From NCBI GenBank assembly GCA_041659505.1, contig JBAZYF010000003.1:150026-214025 (forward strand): a DNA stretch of 64,000 bases, in the 5' to 3' direction. Of this stretch, positions 38,134-48,244 are shown piece by piece. Positions within the stretch are counted from its first letter, which is position 1. Each line of letters opens with the position of its first letter. Source of the DNA: Parcubacteria group bacterium (GTDB lineage Bacteria; Patescibacteriota; Minisyncoccia; Moranbacterales; UBA2206). The notes below the pieces were generated by a model that saw only the letters and a list, made by a program, of their open reading frames with translations, had not been told where the DNA came from and ran no database searches. The translations under genes were made by a program, and so were the position numbers.

Positions 38134-38184
38134 TGCTATGAAGTTAATTTGTAGCATAAACCAAGGCGATAGTCAATCAGAAAC
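38134..38184 (-). promoter_or_regulatory. Duplicated promoter/leader element (copy 2) TTGACT-N17-TACAAAT + TTAACTTCATAGC
   Basis: Minus-strand reading AGTTTCTGATTGACTATCGCCTTGGTTTATGCTACAAATTAACTTCATAGC. It lies 74-124 nt upstream of the 38060 start. Confidence 0.5.
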
Positions 38185-38450
38185 TAATCATCCATCCCGA
38201 TCTTGAAACTCATCGCCAAAAAAGTGCCGGTGGCCACGCCAGCGGCATAGATAATGATGGCCAGCGTGCTCCGCTGAGCATCTAGGTGCGAGAGGATATT
38301 ATAGATCACGAGCATCTGGACCGTCGTGCAAAGGAAGGAAAGCAAGACAGCTGGTCGGACTTTGTGTTTGGCGATATAGCGCCAATCAAGCGTCACCAAA
38401 AAATCCTGGAGGATGCCGGCAAAAAAATAGAGGAATAAATAATAGTCCAT
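38184..38450 (-). CDS. Small membrane protein
   Basis: 88 aa from MDYYLFLYFFAGILQDF, with 3 TM helices. The track ORF extends to 38531 and would overlap the upstream gene. Confidence 0.4.
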   Translation of the reverse strand: MDYYLFLYFFAGILQDFLVTLDWRYIAKHKVRPAVLLSFLCTTVQMLVIYNILSHLDAQRSTLAIIIYAAGVATGTFLAMSFKIGMDD

Positions 38451-38478
38451 TTTGATGTTTATTAAAAAGTCAGACTTG

Positions 38479-39369
38479 TTATTCGCGCTGGAAAATTTTC
38501 CCTGCTTCTCCCAATTCATCAATCGCCTCAAAAATAAGACCCATCAATTTGTCATCCTTAAATTTGATCAGATTATTTCGCACCCAAGCAAGCGCTTGGG
38601 CGTGGGAAAATTTCCGACGTCGAACCGCCGCTTCGTATTGATCGAGCGCGATGAGCGCTTTTCCTTGCAATGCGTCCGCGTAATCTTCCAGCAGACCAAT
38701 GACTCTAGCTTCTGATGGAGTCGCGCCCTTATCCTTCGCTAGTCCATAAGGATCGACATCATGGTCGATATGGTGCGATCCAGCGATAATCCGCGTCCGA
38801 CTATCCAAGCCCTGTGGATATTTTTCCAAAATGTCCCGCGTCCAATAAGCATGCTTATCCCAGAAATCCCGCATCGTCGTTTCCTTGTCGATTGTATATT
38901 TTTCTAGCATCCACTGAACATCTTCAATCTGACTAGGCTCAAAGATTTTCATGATTTCATCCTCTAGCAATAATTTTGGATCGCGAATATTTTCACAGGC
39001 AAAAATTTTTATAATCATTTCTTGCTCACCAAGAGTCGCATCGACCGGTCCTGATTTTCCAATGTCATGCAAAATTGCAGCGATCCGCGCACTGGATTTT
39101 TGTTCTGCGGAAAGGCGCAGTGCAGGATTTTGCTCCGAATAGCGATTTTCCAACAATTTAAGAACATTTTCCATCCCCTGTTCAATTTTGCGCGAGTCGT
39201 CATTAAATTTCGATTCCTTTTCGAGGAGTACCAAGCGACCAATTATTTCCTGATGGAGTGATTCATGGAAACCGATCCGCTCCAAGCTCGTCAAGACATT
39301 TTGGCGGCCGACCGACTCCTTCCATTCCTGTTCGCTGGTTTCTTTCATTGCTTCCGGCATTTCAAACAT
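38479..39369 (-). CDS. HD-domain metal-dependent phosphohydrolase
   Basis: AAILHDIGK and IIAGSHHIDHD motifs; 296 aa. Confidence 0.7.
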   Translation of the reverse strand: MFEMPEAMKETSEQEWKESVGRQNVLTSLERIGFHESLHQEIIGRLVLLEKESKFNDDSRKIEQGMENVLKLLENRYSEQNPALRLSAEQKSSARIAAILHDIGKSGPVDATLGEQEMIIKIFACENIRDPKLLLEDEIMKIFEPSQIEDVQWMLEKYTIDKETTMRDFWDKHAYWTRDILEKYPQGLDSRTRIIAGSHHIDHDVDPYGLAKDKGATPSEARVIGLLEDYADALQGKALIALDQYEAAVRRRKFSHAQALAWVRNNLIKFKDDKLMGLIFEAIDELGEAGKIFQRE

Positions 39370-39465
39370 AGTTTCAAATCAGATTATAAAATTAATTACC
39401 TGATGACCAATTTGGATATCATATTCCTATTTTAATCGTATCTCCCTTTTTAGTAAAGAAATCAG

Positions 39466-41283
39466 CTAAAAACTGGAACATTCTACTCTTGCGCCAATTA
39501 TCTCATCTTCCGGAGAGCCAAGCTTCAACGCCTGGAAAAAATATCGTTCAGATCGAGAAAAATCACCTTGACTGCAATAAAGTCGGCCGAGGTTTTTAAA
39601 AATAGTCTGGCTATCCGGCGAAATCTCTGCTGCTTGCAATAAATTTTTTTTTGCTTCGAAAAAATCATGCTTGGCATAGTAGGCTAGGCCTAGATTATTA
39701 AGTGTTTCCGCCGAATGACTATTCTCTGACAGTGCTAACTTATAATGCCTGATCGCATTATCCAGATCACCTCGATTGAAATAGGCCTTTCCAATGTTGC
39801 GCTCGTAGTTATGCGCCAGGAAACAATTAGCATAATCATCTATTTTATAATCAGAATAAAGCCGACAGGCAATTTCAAAATGTGCCTTGTACTGGTCCAC
39901 GCTGCCTTGATCACCATAGGTTCCAGCTAGATTAAGCCGGGCTAAGGGCGAGTCGCCGTTTTTGGCAACCGCATCAGAAAACAAACTAAGATTATCTTTC
40001 CATTGGCGGTTTCTTTGCGTGACTGTCAGATAAAAACTTCCGCCTAGAATCATTAGCATGCCAAACAATATCATTTTCTTCAACTGATCTTTTTTCGCAT
40101 ATTCGAATAACTTCATGATCATAAAAGCTACCAAAAGAGAAAAGCCCACTGAGGGCAAATAGAGATAACGTTCATCTAGGACACAGTCAGGCAGGCTGAC
40201 ATAATTAAGCGCCGGAAAAAGAGGAATTGCAAATAGAGCAAAGCAAACCAGGAACAGTCTGCGCGTTTCACAAGAAACAATAGAAAACATTTTGCGGCCA
40301 AGACCATCAAACCAGGCAAACATTACCAACCAAAAAAAGATAAACGCAAGATAAAACAGAAAAAAATCTTGAATATGATAGATGTGATCGATGCTTAGCC
40401 TGTAGGGGTAGATTATTTCACCGATATTTTTAAAAAAAAGTTCAACGCTCCAAGCAAAGACCGGGAGAATATAGATGAAATTCAGGCCAATATTTTGGAC
40501 AGCAGTGCCGATAATCATTTTTCGGATAGTCAGATAAGCAACGATAATGGCGATGTAGAGATAATTTCTGGCGATCCATCTCCGAATCCTTTTTAAGCTT
40601 TTATAGTGAGCATCAATACCCATGATAAAATCATACGCTAGAAGCATCGCTGGTAGCATGATTGCCGTTTCCTTGCAAAGCAAAGCAATAGAAAATAATA
40701 ATAGCGAGACAAAATGATATTTTCTTTCAGTATTCGCTTTGATATAAAAATAAAAAGCCAAGAGATAAAGAGGGGTAAAAGTGAGCTCTGGAACAGCAGA
40801 AATCCAATTGACAACCTCACTGTTTATCGGGTAGATGGCAAAAATGAGAGCGGCGATAAAGGCAATTTTGTCCGTCTTTCGCTTTTCCCTCTCATTATCT
40901 TTGAAAATTTCTCTCAGTAGCAGACGCAAAAATGCAAAAACCATCACTGCTACAATTGCGTGAAGACAGACATTAACAACATGATAGCCGGAAGGATCCA
41001 AGTGGAAAAAATGATACTCGACAGAAAAAATCAGATGCATGATTGGACGATAATAGGCACCGAAGTTATTACCAAATTCCCGGAAACTCCACACACCGGA
41101 AGAGAATATTTTGGGTACATTCTGGAAACTCCTAATCCAGGAATTGGTAACGATCTGCTCTTTGTCATCATAGACAAAGCCATTGCTAAAAGTATTCTGG
41201 TAAAAAATAAAGCATGACGCTATGAGAAAAAATATCCCGAGAACCAACCGGTATTTTTCAAATTTAAATTCATTCTTCAACAT
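39466..41283 (-). CDS. Polytopic membrane protein with C-terminal TPR repeats (TMTC/PMT-like glycosyltransferase architecture)
   Basis: About 11 TM helices in the N-terminal 420 aa, then TPR-like repeats (NLGLAYYAKHDFFEAKKNL..., FKNLGRLYCSQGDF). Confidence 0.6.
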   Translation of the reverse strand: MLKNEFKFEKYRLVLGIFFLIASCFIFYQNTFSNGFVYDDKEQIVTNSWIRSFQNVPKIFSSGVWSFREFGNNFGAYYRPIMHLIFSVEYHFFHLDPSGYHVVNVCLHAIVAVMVFAFLRLLLREIFKDNEREKRKTDKIAFIAALIFAIYPINSEVVNWISAVPELTFTPLYLLAFYFYIKANTERKYHFVSLLLFSIALLCKETAIMLPAMLLAYDFIMGIDAHYKSLKRIRRWIARNYLYIAIIVAYLTIRKMIIGTAVQNIGLNFIYILPVFAWSVELFFKNIGEIIYPYRLSIDHIYHIQDFFLFYLAFIFFWLVMFAWFDGLGRKMFSIVSCETRRLFLVCFALFAIPLFPALNYVSLPDCVLDERYLYLPSVGFSLLVAFMIMKLFEYAKKDQLKKMILFGMLMILGGSFYLTVTQRNRQWKDNLSLFSDAVAKNGDSPLARLNLAGTYGDQGSVDQYKAHFEIACRLYSDYKIDDYANCFLAHNYERNIGKAYFNRGDLDNAIRHYKLALSENSHSAETLNNLGLAYYAKHDFFEAKKNLLQAAEISPDSQTIFKNLGRLYCSQGDFSRSERYFFQALKLGSPEDEIIGARVECSSF

Positions 41284-41371
41284 GCCAAATTTTTTTACTT
41301 AAGTATTGTTTTTTTCAACAGTATTATTTTATCATGAAATACGCTAAGCGCATATTGAAATTAAAAAATCC

Positions 41372-41412
41372 CCCAACCAATTACTTGGCCGGGGGGTGCA
41401 AGTCGCAGGGAC
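41372..41412 (-). terminator. Rho-independent terminator downstream of yggT
   Basis: Minus-strand CCCCCCGGCCAA-gtaa-TTGGTTGGGGG followed by ATTTTTT. Confidence 0.55.
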
Positions 41413-41438
41413 CCACTTCCGATCATCAGTACCAAAGT

Positions 41439-41738
41439 TCATTGAGGCCGATAGTATCTTGGCCCGGCGAAGGACAGTATTTCCATAAGCAGATAGCCGG
41501 CCAAAGCATAGACAATCAGAGCGACCAGTGTGGTGATGTCAATGACGAATCCTCCGATATTTAGGTTTGGCAGAATCCTAGCAAACGGTGCCACAAGGGA
41601 AGCCGTTGAGCCATAGAGCCATGCTACGAACGGGGTACTTGAGTTGACCGCGAAGAACTTGAAAATAAATCTCAACGATAAGAGAAATTCAATCACACCA
41701 ACGATGATATTCACTATTGTTCTAATAAATCCCAACAT
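41439..41738 (-). CDS. yggT: YggT-family membrane protein
   Basis: 99 aa with two TM helices and a YggT-like pattern (FFAVNSSTPFVAWLY...). Confidence 0.6.
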   Translation of the reverse strand: MLGFIRTIVNIIVGVIEFLLSLRFIFKFFAVNSSTPFVAWLYGSTASLVAPFARILPNLNIGGFVIDITTLVALIVYALAGYLLMEILSFAGPRYYRPQ

Positions 41739-41863
41739 ATGTTTGTATTATTTTACTGTCAGACACAACTCCGACCGACGGATACTAACTATACGATTTA
41801 GGTGGCTTTTTGACGCAAAAAACACCCCAGAAAGGGTGTTATTGGAAAAACCGAAAACGTTGC

Positions 41864-42247
41864 CTAGGCAAAATATCCGTAATAGAGAGAGATGAGTCCG
41901 ATGATGATCACAAACCAGGGAATCGCCTTGGAATTGTCTTTTTTACCGATAATTTTCTTATAGAACGTTCCGGTCTGGACAGGAAACATCAGAAGCGCCA
42001 AACCTTTGAACAAGGCGACCCAGCCCATCAGTGTAATAAACAGCGACCAGAGACTGTTCGTCGTGACATGAAAAACAATCAAGCAATAGCCGATTGCCAG
42101 ACTGATGAGACCGCCAAAAAATGTAGCGAAGTTACTGCGCCCGAATTCACGCAGGAGATTGGTAATAAATTTCGGATTGACAAGCATGCCCATACCGATG
42201 GCAAAAAAAGTCAGTCCGAACAGTTGAAAAATTTGTATCTCGCTCAT
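41864..42247 (-). CDS. Small integral membrane protein (4 TM helices)
   Basis: 127 aa, preceded by a promoter nearly identical to the one at 18181-18216. Confidence 0.45.
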   Translation of the reverse strand: MSEIQIFQLFGLTFFAIGMGMLVNPKFITNLLREFGRSNFATFFGGLISLAIGYCLIVFHVTTNSLWSLFITLMGWVALFKGLALLMFPVQTGTFYKKIIGKKDNSKAIPWFVIIIGLISLYYGYFA

Positions 42248-42254
42248 ATTTTTG

Positions 42255-42295
42255 TTTTGTTAATTATTAACTAATTTTATTATACCACAAAATTC
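42255..42295 (-). promoter_or_regulatory. Extended -10 promoter (TGTGGTATAAT) plus the GTTAATTATTAAC palindrome
   Basis: The reverse complement of 42280-42293 is TTTTGTGGTATAAT. It parallels 18181-18216. Confidence 0.5.
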
Positions 42296-42396
42296 ATAAA
42301 ACAAAAACCTTTTCAAAGATAATGCACCTTTAATTAGCATTGCTATTCCAACCACATTCCTCTAAAATTAAACTATAACTTTTTTTCTGAACATTT

Positions 42397-43158
42397 ATGT
42401 CAATCGGCGCAATTCTTATTGGACTACTTACCGGATTTATTTCGGCTTTTTTTGGTATCGGTGGCAGTAGCATCGACACTCCGCTACTGCGCGTCTTTCT
42501 TCATACTCCACAGTATGTCGCGCTAGGCAGTCCTTTGCCGACGGCACTGCTCACAATCATGATTGCCCTGGCCATCTATTGGAAACAGCATCTGATCAAT
42601 TATCATATTTTGAAGTGGAGTTTAGTCGGCGGTATCCCGGGAATAATTTTTGGTTCATATTTGTCAGGAAAATTTTCCGGCCGGTCGCTCATGCTCATGA
42701 GCGCCGTGGTTTTGTTTTGCATCGGTATAAATTTTATCTACAAAAAATTTCACAGCCACGAGATCAATGCAAATATTACAGAGCATAAACCGATCAATGC
42801 GAGCTTTGTCACCGTTATCGCTTTTATCGCCAGCACAATCTCGGGCATGCTCGCCAACGGAGGCGGACTGCTGCTCATCCCGGCCTATGTCCTGATTTTC
42901 AAACTCAAAATCAAAGAAGCGATTGCCACCTCACTCATGACCGTGCTGGTGATGTTCATCCCCGCTTGCATTATCCATTATCATTTGGGTCACATTGACC
43001 TGGGAATCAGCCTCGCCATGAGTCTAGGTGTAATTCCTATGGCTTATATCGGAGCCAAAACTAACCTCAAAACTAAATCCAACACAATCCAATTGCTTTT
43101 TGGGATTATGCTCATTATTTTTTCCGTATACTTTTTTATCTCGCAACTTTGGGGATAA
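42397..43158 (+). CDS. TauE/SafE-family (DUF81) sulfite/anion exporter
   Basis: 253 aa with duplicated 4-TM halves and a GIGGSS-like motif (FFGIGGSSIDTPLL). Confidence 0.75.
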   Translation: MSIGAILIGLLTGFISAFFGIGGSSIDTPLLRVFLHTPQYVALGSPLPTALLTIMIALAIYWKQHLINYHILKWSLVGGIPGIIFGSYLSGKFSGRSLMLMSAVVLFCIGINFIYKKFHSHEINANITEHKPINASFVTVIAFIASTISGMLANGGGLLLIPAYVLIFKLKIKEAIATSLMTVLVMFIPACIIHYHLGHIDLGISLAMSLGVIPMAYIGAKTNLKTKSNTIQLLFGIMLIIFSVYFFISQLWG

Positions 43159-43255
43159 AACTACCGCAGATCATCAAGAGGCATATTTATTCCGAATTTA
43201 TTTTCTTATTTCTAGATCTATTTTAGCGTGATATCAGTTTTTAAGCATTAAGAAA

Positions 43256-43276
43256 GGGGTGGACGATGTCCACCCC
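43256..43276. terminator. Bidirectional terminator hairpin GGGGTGGAC-gat-GTCCACCCC between convergent genes
   Basis: Perfect 9-bp stem with A-run and T-rich flanks, sitting between the TauE 3' end and the nadE 3' end. Confidence 0.7.
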
Positions 43277-43285
43277 TTAAGGGTA

Positions 43286-45226
43286 TCAAATTTCAATACT
43301 TTTCGCACTGTCGATCCACAGTTTTCCTGTGGCATCGGATGGTGCGCGCCAGTCACCGCGAGGAGAAACAGAGACAGAACCGATCTTGGTCCCATCCGGC
43401 ACTGCGTTGCGCTTGAACTGGGCCGCGAACATCCGCTGGTAGAATTTCACCAACTGATCTTTGATATACTCCACGTCATAGACCCCGGCAAATGCCTGAC
43501 GAGCCAGAAAATTGATTTTTTCCGGTTCGAAGCCGTTACGCAATGAGTGAAACATGAAGAAATCATTCAGATCATATTCCCCGATCAATGCTTCGGTCTG
43601 CTGTCCCGGCAATAATTCCGGTGAAATTGGTGTCGCACAGATATCCTTGATAATCTTGGACGCAATATCGCTGAACATTTCCAGCTTGACGACTTGCTCA
43701 ACCACGAATTTCACCAAAGTCTTGGGAACACCGCAGTTCGGATTATACATCGACATATGGTCGCCGTTATAGGTGCACCAGCCGAGAACTAACTCGGACA
43801 AATCCCCTGTCCCGATCACGAAACCAAGAGACATCAGGATCAATGTACGGATCCTTGCCTGAGAATTCTCACAAGTGAGACAGTTCATACAAGGTTCGTG
43901 TTCAATATCACGGAGCAATTGTAAGGTCAGTTTTTTGATCGGAATTTTCTTGAGCGTGACACCGAACTCCTTGCAAAGCTTGATAGCGTTATTCAGTGTA
44001 CGCTTGCTCGTCCCAAAACCCGGCATCGTCACTGCGATGATGCCGCTACGCGGCCAGCCAATCATATCGAACGCCCTAACTGTGGCAATGAGCGCAAGAG
44101 TCGAATCGAGGCCACCGGAAATTCCGATGACAACCTGGCGATTCAGGACTGACTCCAACGAAGAAAATCTTTTCACCAGACTGGCGATTTGGAGCTGCAA
44201 AATATTCTTGCAACGTTCATCCAACGTCGCCGGATCTTTCGGCACAAACGGATTCGCGTCAAAAACAAACATAGCACTGAGCTTATTCAGATCGAGCGGA
44301 GCAATTTCAGCCCTCACCTGCCGATAAGTCTTGCCATAGACGCTTGTTTCATTGGCAATGGCCTGAGAAAAACTCCCGGACACGCGCCGCTCCCGATTGA
44401 GTCTTTGCACATCAATATCATAGGCAAGCAAGCGCTCATTAAAGAACAGCTCTTGTTTTTCTGCAACGATCGAACCATTGTCAGCGATCAACATATGACC
44501 GCTCCAAACGACATCCGACGTCGATTCTCCTGCGCCACACGACACATAGACATAGGCACACAAACAACGCCCGGATTGATTCTTGACCAGTTCTCGGCGA
44601 TAATCGGACTTGCCAATCAATTCGTTAGACGCAGAGAGATTAAGGATTACCGTCGCCCCCTGGGCTGCCAGATGGGAACTCGGCGGGATCGGCATCCACA
44701 AGTCTTCGCAGATCTCGACACCAAAAGAGAAATCCGGAATAGTTGTCAGAACGACAATATCTGTTCCGATGCTGACTTTCTGCAGACAAAATTCAATCTC
44801 TTTTATGGGAAGCCGGTCGGCCGGAGAAAAATGCCGCAGTTCATAGAATTCCTTGTAATTGGGAATATACGATTTGGGAATGATCGCCAGCACTTTTCCC
44901 GACTGACAGACGACAGCCACATTGAACAGTTGGCCGCCAACCTTGAGCGGTATGCCGAACACGGAAATAAGATCATACTTCTCCGTCGCTTGGACATACC
45001 GCATCGCTTCTACTTCAGCTTCATTCAGTAGTGTGTCCTGCAAAAAAAGATCGCCACAGCTATAGCCTGTCATTCCCAACTCTGGGAAGACAAGCAGCTG
45101 CACATTTCTGCTTATTGCCTGACCTGCCAACCTGATCATATTTTGCACGTTCTTTTTCGGATCAGCAATCTCCACGAGCGGCTTGGCTGCCGCCACGCGG
45201 ACATAACCATAATCATTTTTTTTCAT
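43286..45226 (-). CDS. nadE: Glutamine-dependent NAD+ synthetase (CN-hydrolase domain plus NAD synthetase domain)
   Basis: N-terminal nitrilase-like domain and a C-terminal PP-loop domain with GISGGLDSTLAL; 646 aa. Confidence 0.9.
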   Translation of the reverse strand: MKKNDYGYVRVAAAKPLVEIADPKKNVQNMIRLAGQAISRNVQLLVFPELGMTGYSCGDLFLQDTLLNEAEVEAMRYVQATEKYDLISVFGIPLKVGGQLFNVAVVCQSGKVLAIIPKSYIPNYKEFYELRHFSPADRLPIKEIEFCLQKVSIGTDIVVLTTIPDFSFGVEICEDLWMPIPPSSHLAAQGATVILNLSASNELIGKSDYRRELVKNQSGRCLCAYVYVSCGAGESTSDVVWSGHMLIADNGSIVAEKQELFFNERLLAYDIDVQRLNRERRVSGSFSQAIANETSVYGKTYRQVRAEIAPLDLNKLSAMFVFDANPFVPKDPATLDERCKNILQLQIASLVKRFSSLESVLNRQVVIGISGGLDSTLALIATVRAFDMIGWPRSGIIAVTMPGFGTSKRTLNNAIKLCKEFGVTLKKIPIKKLTLQLLRDIEHEPCMNCLTCENSQARIRTLILMSLGFVIGTGDLSELVLGWCTYNGDHMSMYNPNCGVPKTLVKFVVEQVVKLEMFSDIASKIIKDICATPISPELLPGQQTEALIGEYDLNDFFMFHSLRNGFEPEKINFLARQAFAGVYDVEYIKDQLVKFYQRMFAAQFKRNAVPDGTKIGSVSVSPRGDWRAPSDATGKLWIDSAKSIEI

Positions 45227-45252
45227 TGGTTACTACCTCCTTCATGAGATAT

Positions 45253-46155
45253 TTACAGTAATTTCGCAATGAGCGGTGAAAGCGATAAAACTTCAAAATA
45301 CGGCTCTGATTCAACTTTCGCCACCGTATCAGGACAAGAATCGGTCAACCAAACAAAATCAAACAAATCGGGCGTAAACTTTTTCCATGAATCGTGAACA
45401 AACACGCCATGCGTCGCATATGCACTGATCTTGTAGGCACCTGCCAGCATTAGGACTTTCTGGCATTCGATCAGTGTACCACCAGAAAGGATAAGATCAT
45501 CGACCATGATGATATATTTGCCTCGCGGATCACCTTCTTTGATAGTCACAACTTTTGTTCCGTCCGGCATTTTCACCTTATTACAAACAATCTTAGGATA
45601 TTCAGGAAACATCGCACCGAATCTCTTATGCGCTCCATCATCAGGAAACGCGATTGCCACATTCGGGATATATTTGATGCGCCCTTTGAGCAACGGAATT
45701 GCACTGACCAACTCAGGCAATACTCGCGTGTCATCAAAATAAAACTGGGTCTGCAGGGCATGGATATCGAAAATTGTGATGATCGGCGACCTTGGTATGG
45801 TGGATAACATCCGTGCCAAAGTTTTTGCCGTCGCAATTTCCCCATACTCTGTCACTCGTTCCATCGTGCCGACAGGATAGAAAGGCACGATGACTCTAAA
45901 CGAATGCACCAGATGCATCGGCATCGCATAGAGAATCGCGAATTGCTCGAACAACGATTCGGGCTTTTCAAAGTTTGCAAAGAAAATAACGTCTTGGTTT
46001 CTCACCTGATCCGCATCCTCGATGAATATTTTCGGCCAACCATCGCCAAAACTCTGCCAAGATATCCCACCTATTGCTACACCAACCATCTCAGCAACTT
46101 TCTCCGCCATTTCCGTAATCGTATGATGGGCAAAAATAATTTTTCTAGTCGCCAT
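45253..46155 (-). CDS. prs: Ribose-phosphate pyrophosphokinase (PRPP synthetase)-family protein
   Basis: FDIHALQTQFYFD (cf. Prs DLHAxQIQGFFD) and the PRPP-binding loop IIMVDDLILSGGT. Confidence 0.75.
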   Translation of the reverse strand: MATRKIIFAHHTITEMAEKVAEMVGVAIGGISWQSFGDGWPKIFIEDADQVRNQDVIFFANFEKPESLFEQFAILYAMPMHLVHSFRVIVPFYPVGTMERVTEYGEIATAKTLARMLSTIPRSPIITIFDIHALQTQFYFDDTRVLPELVSAIPLLKGRIKYIPNVAIAFPDDGAHKRFGAMFPEYPKIVCNKVKMPDGTKVVTIKEGDPRGKYIIMVDDLILSGGTLIECQKVLMLAGAYKISAYATHGVFVHDSWKKFTPDLFDFVWLTDSCPDTVAKVESEPYFEVLSLSPLIAKLL

Positions 46156-46172
46156 ATTTCTTCCTCCTTAAT

Positions 46173-46997
46173 TCAGCGCGAAAGACCTTTCTTGGTCTGC
46201 AAGGCTCGATAAAATTCATTACTATCAGTGACTGCGAAAAGCAGCCGGGTTTCATGCTGTTTGACGATGATTTTTTCTCCCACTGTCATATTGCCGATAA
46301 TCTTTCCATCAGCGACTAAGTTGACCACGCCAGAAGGCTTGGTACCGACCAATTCCATCGTGATGATAGAATCGGGCGTCATGACCAGCGGCTTGACATT
46401 GAACTGATCGGAATACATCGGTGTCGCAAAAAGACATTCGATGCCCGGCAAAGCGATAGTTCCACCAGCGCTTACATTATACCCGGTCGAACCGGTCGGC
46501 GCGGCAATAATGAAACCATCAGCCGTCATCGCCCGATAGACCACGTGTCGATTGACCGACAATTTCATGGTCGCCATTGATGCGGTATGTTTCAACACGA
46601 CATCGTTAGCAAACGGACCATATTTGGTGCCTTTATATTCCAGCTCCAATCCGATCCGCTTTTCCGCGATATACTTTCCCTTGATGATTTTTCCCAAAAT
46701 AGTATCCCAGTTTTTCATATTGCCAATGGTCACAAATCCGACACCGCCGTCAATATTGATCGGAATCGTAATGACTCCGTAGATCGAATATTCCGTCACG
46801 GTCCGAATGGCCGTCCCATCACCGCCAAGGGCGATGACATAACGAGCCAGCATCTTGAGCGGATCGCTTTCAGCAATCACGATTTGACCCTCGGCAAGCA
46901 GCCACTCGGTCATTTCTTCCTTCACTCGCATCGCCAGCGACTTTCCCTTGTTCGCGACAACCACAAAACCTTCTCTTTTTTGCGTCATAACAATCAC
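46173..46997 (-). CDS. nadK: NAD+ kinase
   Basis: GGDGT motif (ALGGDGTAIR) and NAD-kinase C-terminal beta-sandwich motifs (TGSTGYNVSAGG). Confidence 0.85.
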   Translation of the reverse strand: MIVMTQKREGFVVVANKGKSLAMRVKEEMTEWLLAEGQIVIAESDPLKMLARYVIALGGDGTAIRTVTEYSIYGVITIPINIDGGVGFVTIGNMKNWDTILGKIIKGKYIAEKRIGLELEYKGTKYGPFANDVVLKHTASMATMKLSVNRHVVYRAMTADGFIIAAPTGSTGYNVSAGGTIALPGIECLFATPMYSDQFNVKPLVMTPDSIITMELVGTKPSGVVNLVADGKIIGNMTVGEKIIVKQHETRLLFAVTDSNEFYRALQTKKGLSR

Positions 46998-47131
46998 CTC
47001 TCTTTCGCTAATTTATATATTCACTTTTTAAAGAAATGTTTCTACACTTTTGTCGAGCTTCCCAAAAAAATTTTGAGCTTCTCGATTAAAGTGTGATGGA
47101 AAAGAAATTGTTCTTCCTCTCCATCACGCGA

Positions 47132-48094
47132 TTACTGAATAATAAAATTCCTTTTGACATACGCCATTGCGTCATCAATAAATTTACGATGATGCTTAAG
47201 CCCCAATTCGAGCACGGGAATATCTCCATACGGAACTGCGATAACTTCCCTCGCATCATCCGATGCCTTGAATAATGCGGCTGCAGACACGGCATCCAAA
47301 TCGGAGTCAATATTGACAACGGTTGCATAGGCAAAGGTCCAATAGACCCGCTTAATCTGGAGTTTATTGCAGTTCGTTTCTGCGATCCGCTCCTTTTTTT
47401 CTGTGACATATATACCGAGATATTTGAGTGCGGCACTGACTTTCTTATTATCAATATCAACTGAGATAAGAAGGCCGTCAACATTGGGATCATCCAGGCT
47501 TCTGGATTGAGATACTCTTGCAGACATTCCTACAGAAATTTCTTCAGATCCCTCGCGCAGCGCACATCTGGCTCCAGTTTCGATGTCATAGACTCCGACA
47601 TTCAGGAATCCTCCCGGAGCGGCAATCGTGCCAACACCAGGTTCATTTTTCCGCCGGATCAGGATGAGAAAAACTTTGTCATTGCGATCCCGGACGAAAA
47701 GCACCAGATCGGAAGCCAGTCCCGGCTTGATATACGCGCGCCACATCATGGAATCCACGGTATAGATATAGCTATGCGAAACGGGCACACGATGCCGACT
47801 GATCTGGATCACATCGCCGAAACAGCCATAATCATCGCGCTGACAATAAAATTGCTGCGCAAGCTGTCTGACATTTTCCCGATCCCATTCGTCATCCATA
47901 TGCATCGTTGCCTGATATTCCGCCGCCTGGATTTCCCCCATATTCACCGGCACAAATTCAAAGATTGGTGTTGTGCTCTTGCCCTGACGACTTGCATCCA
48001 GCGGATTGTCATAGACACCAACAATCTCACCTTTCATTCCGACAACATAATATCGCTTGGTTTCAATAATGGACATATCTATTCCCTTTCTCAT
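47132..48094 (-). CDS. Nudix hydrolase-domain protein with N- and C-terminal extensions
   Basis: Central Nudix box-like segment (GGFLNVGVYDIETGARCALREGSEEISV); 320 aa. Confidence 0.55.
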   Translation of the reverse strand: MRKGIDMSIIETKRYYVVGMKGEIVGVYDNPLDASRQGKSTTPIFEFVPVNMGEIQAAEYQATMHMDDEWDRENVRQLAQQFYCQRDDYGCFGDVIQISRHRVPVSHSYIYTVDSMMWRAYIKPGLASDLVLFVRDRNDKVFLILIRRKNEPGVGTIAAPGGFLNVGVYDIETGARCALREGSEEISVGMSARVSQSRSLDDPNVDGLLISVDIDNKKVSAALKYLGIYVTEKKERIAETNCNKLQIKRVYWTFAYATVVNIDSDLDAVSAAALFKASDDAREVIAVPYGDIPVLELGLKHHRKFIDDAMAYVKRNFIIQ

Positions 48095-48244
48095 TAGAGT
48101 TTCGTATGGTTAAAGAACAACGCTCGGTTGAATCACGAATAATAGAAATTATTCGTGATTCAATTAAGCGCAGGAGGGAAGAAGTTTCTTCTTCGCCTCC
48201 TGCTTTTGGATTATTTCAATTCATCTTATCGTGCCAGGCGCTTT

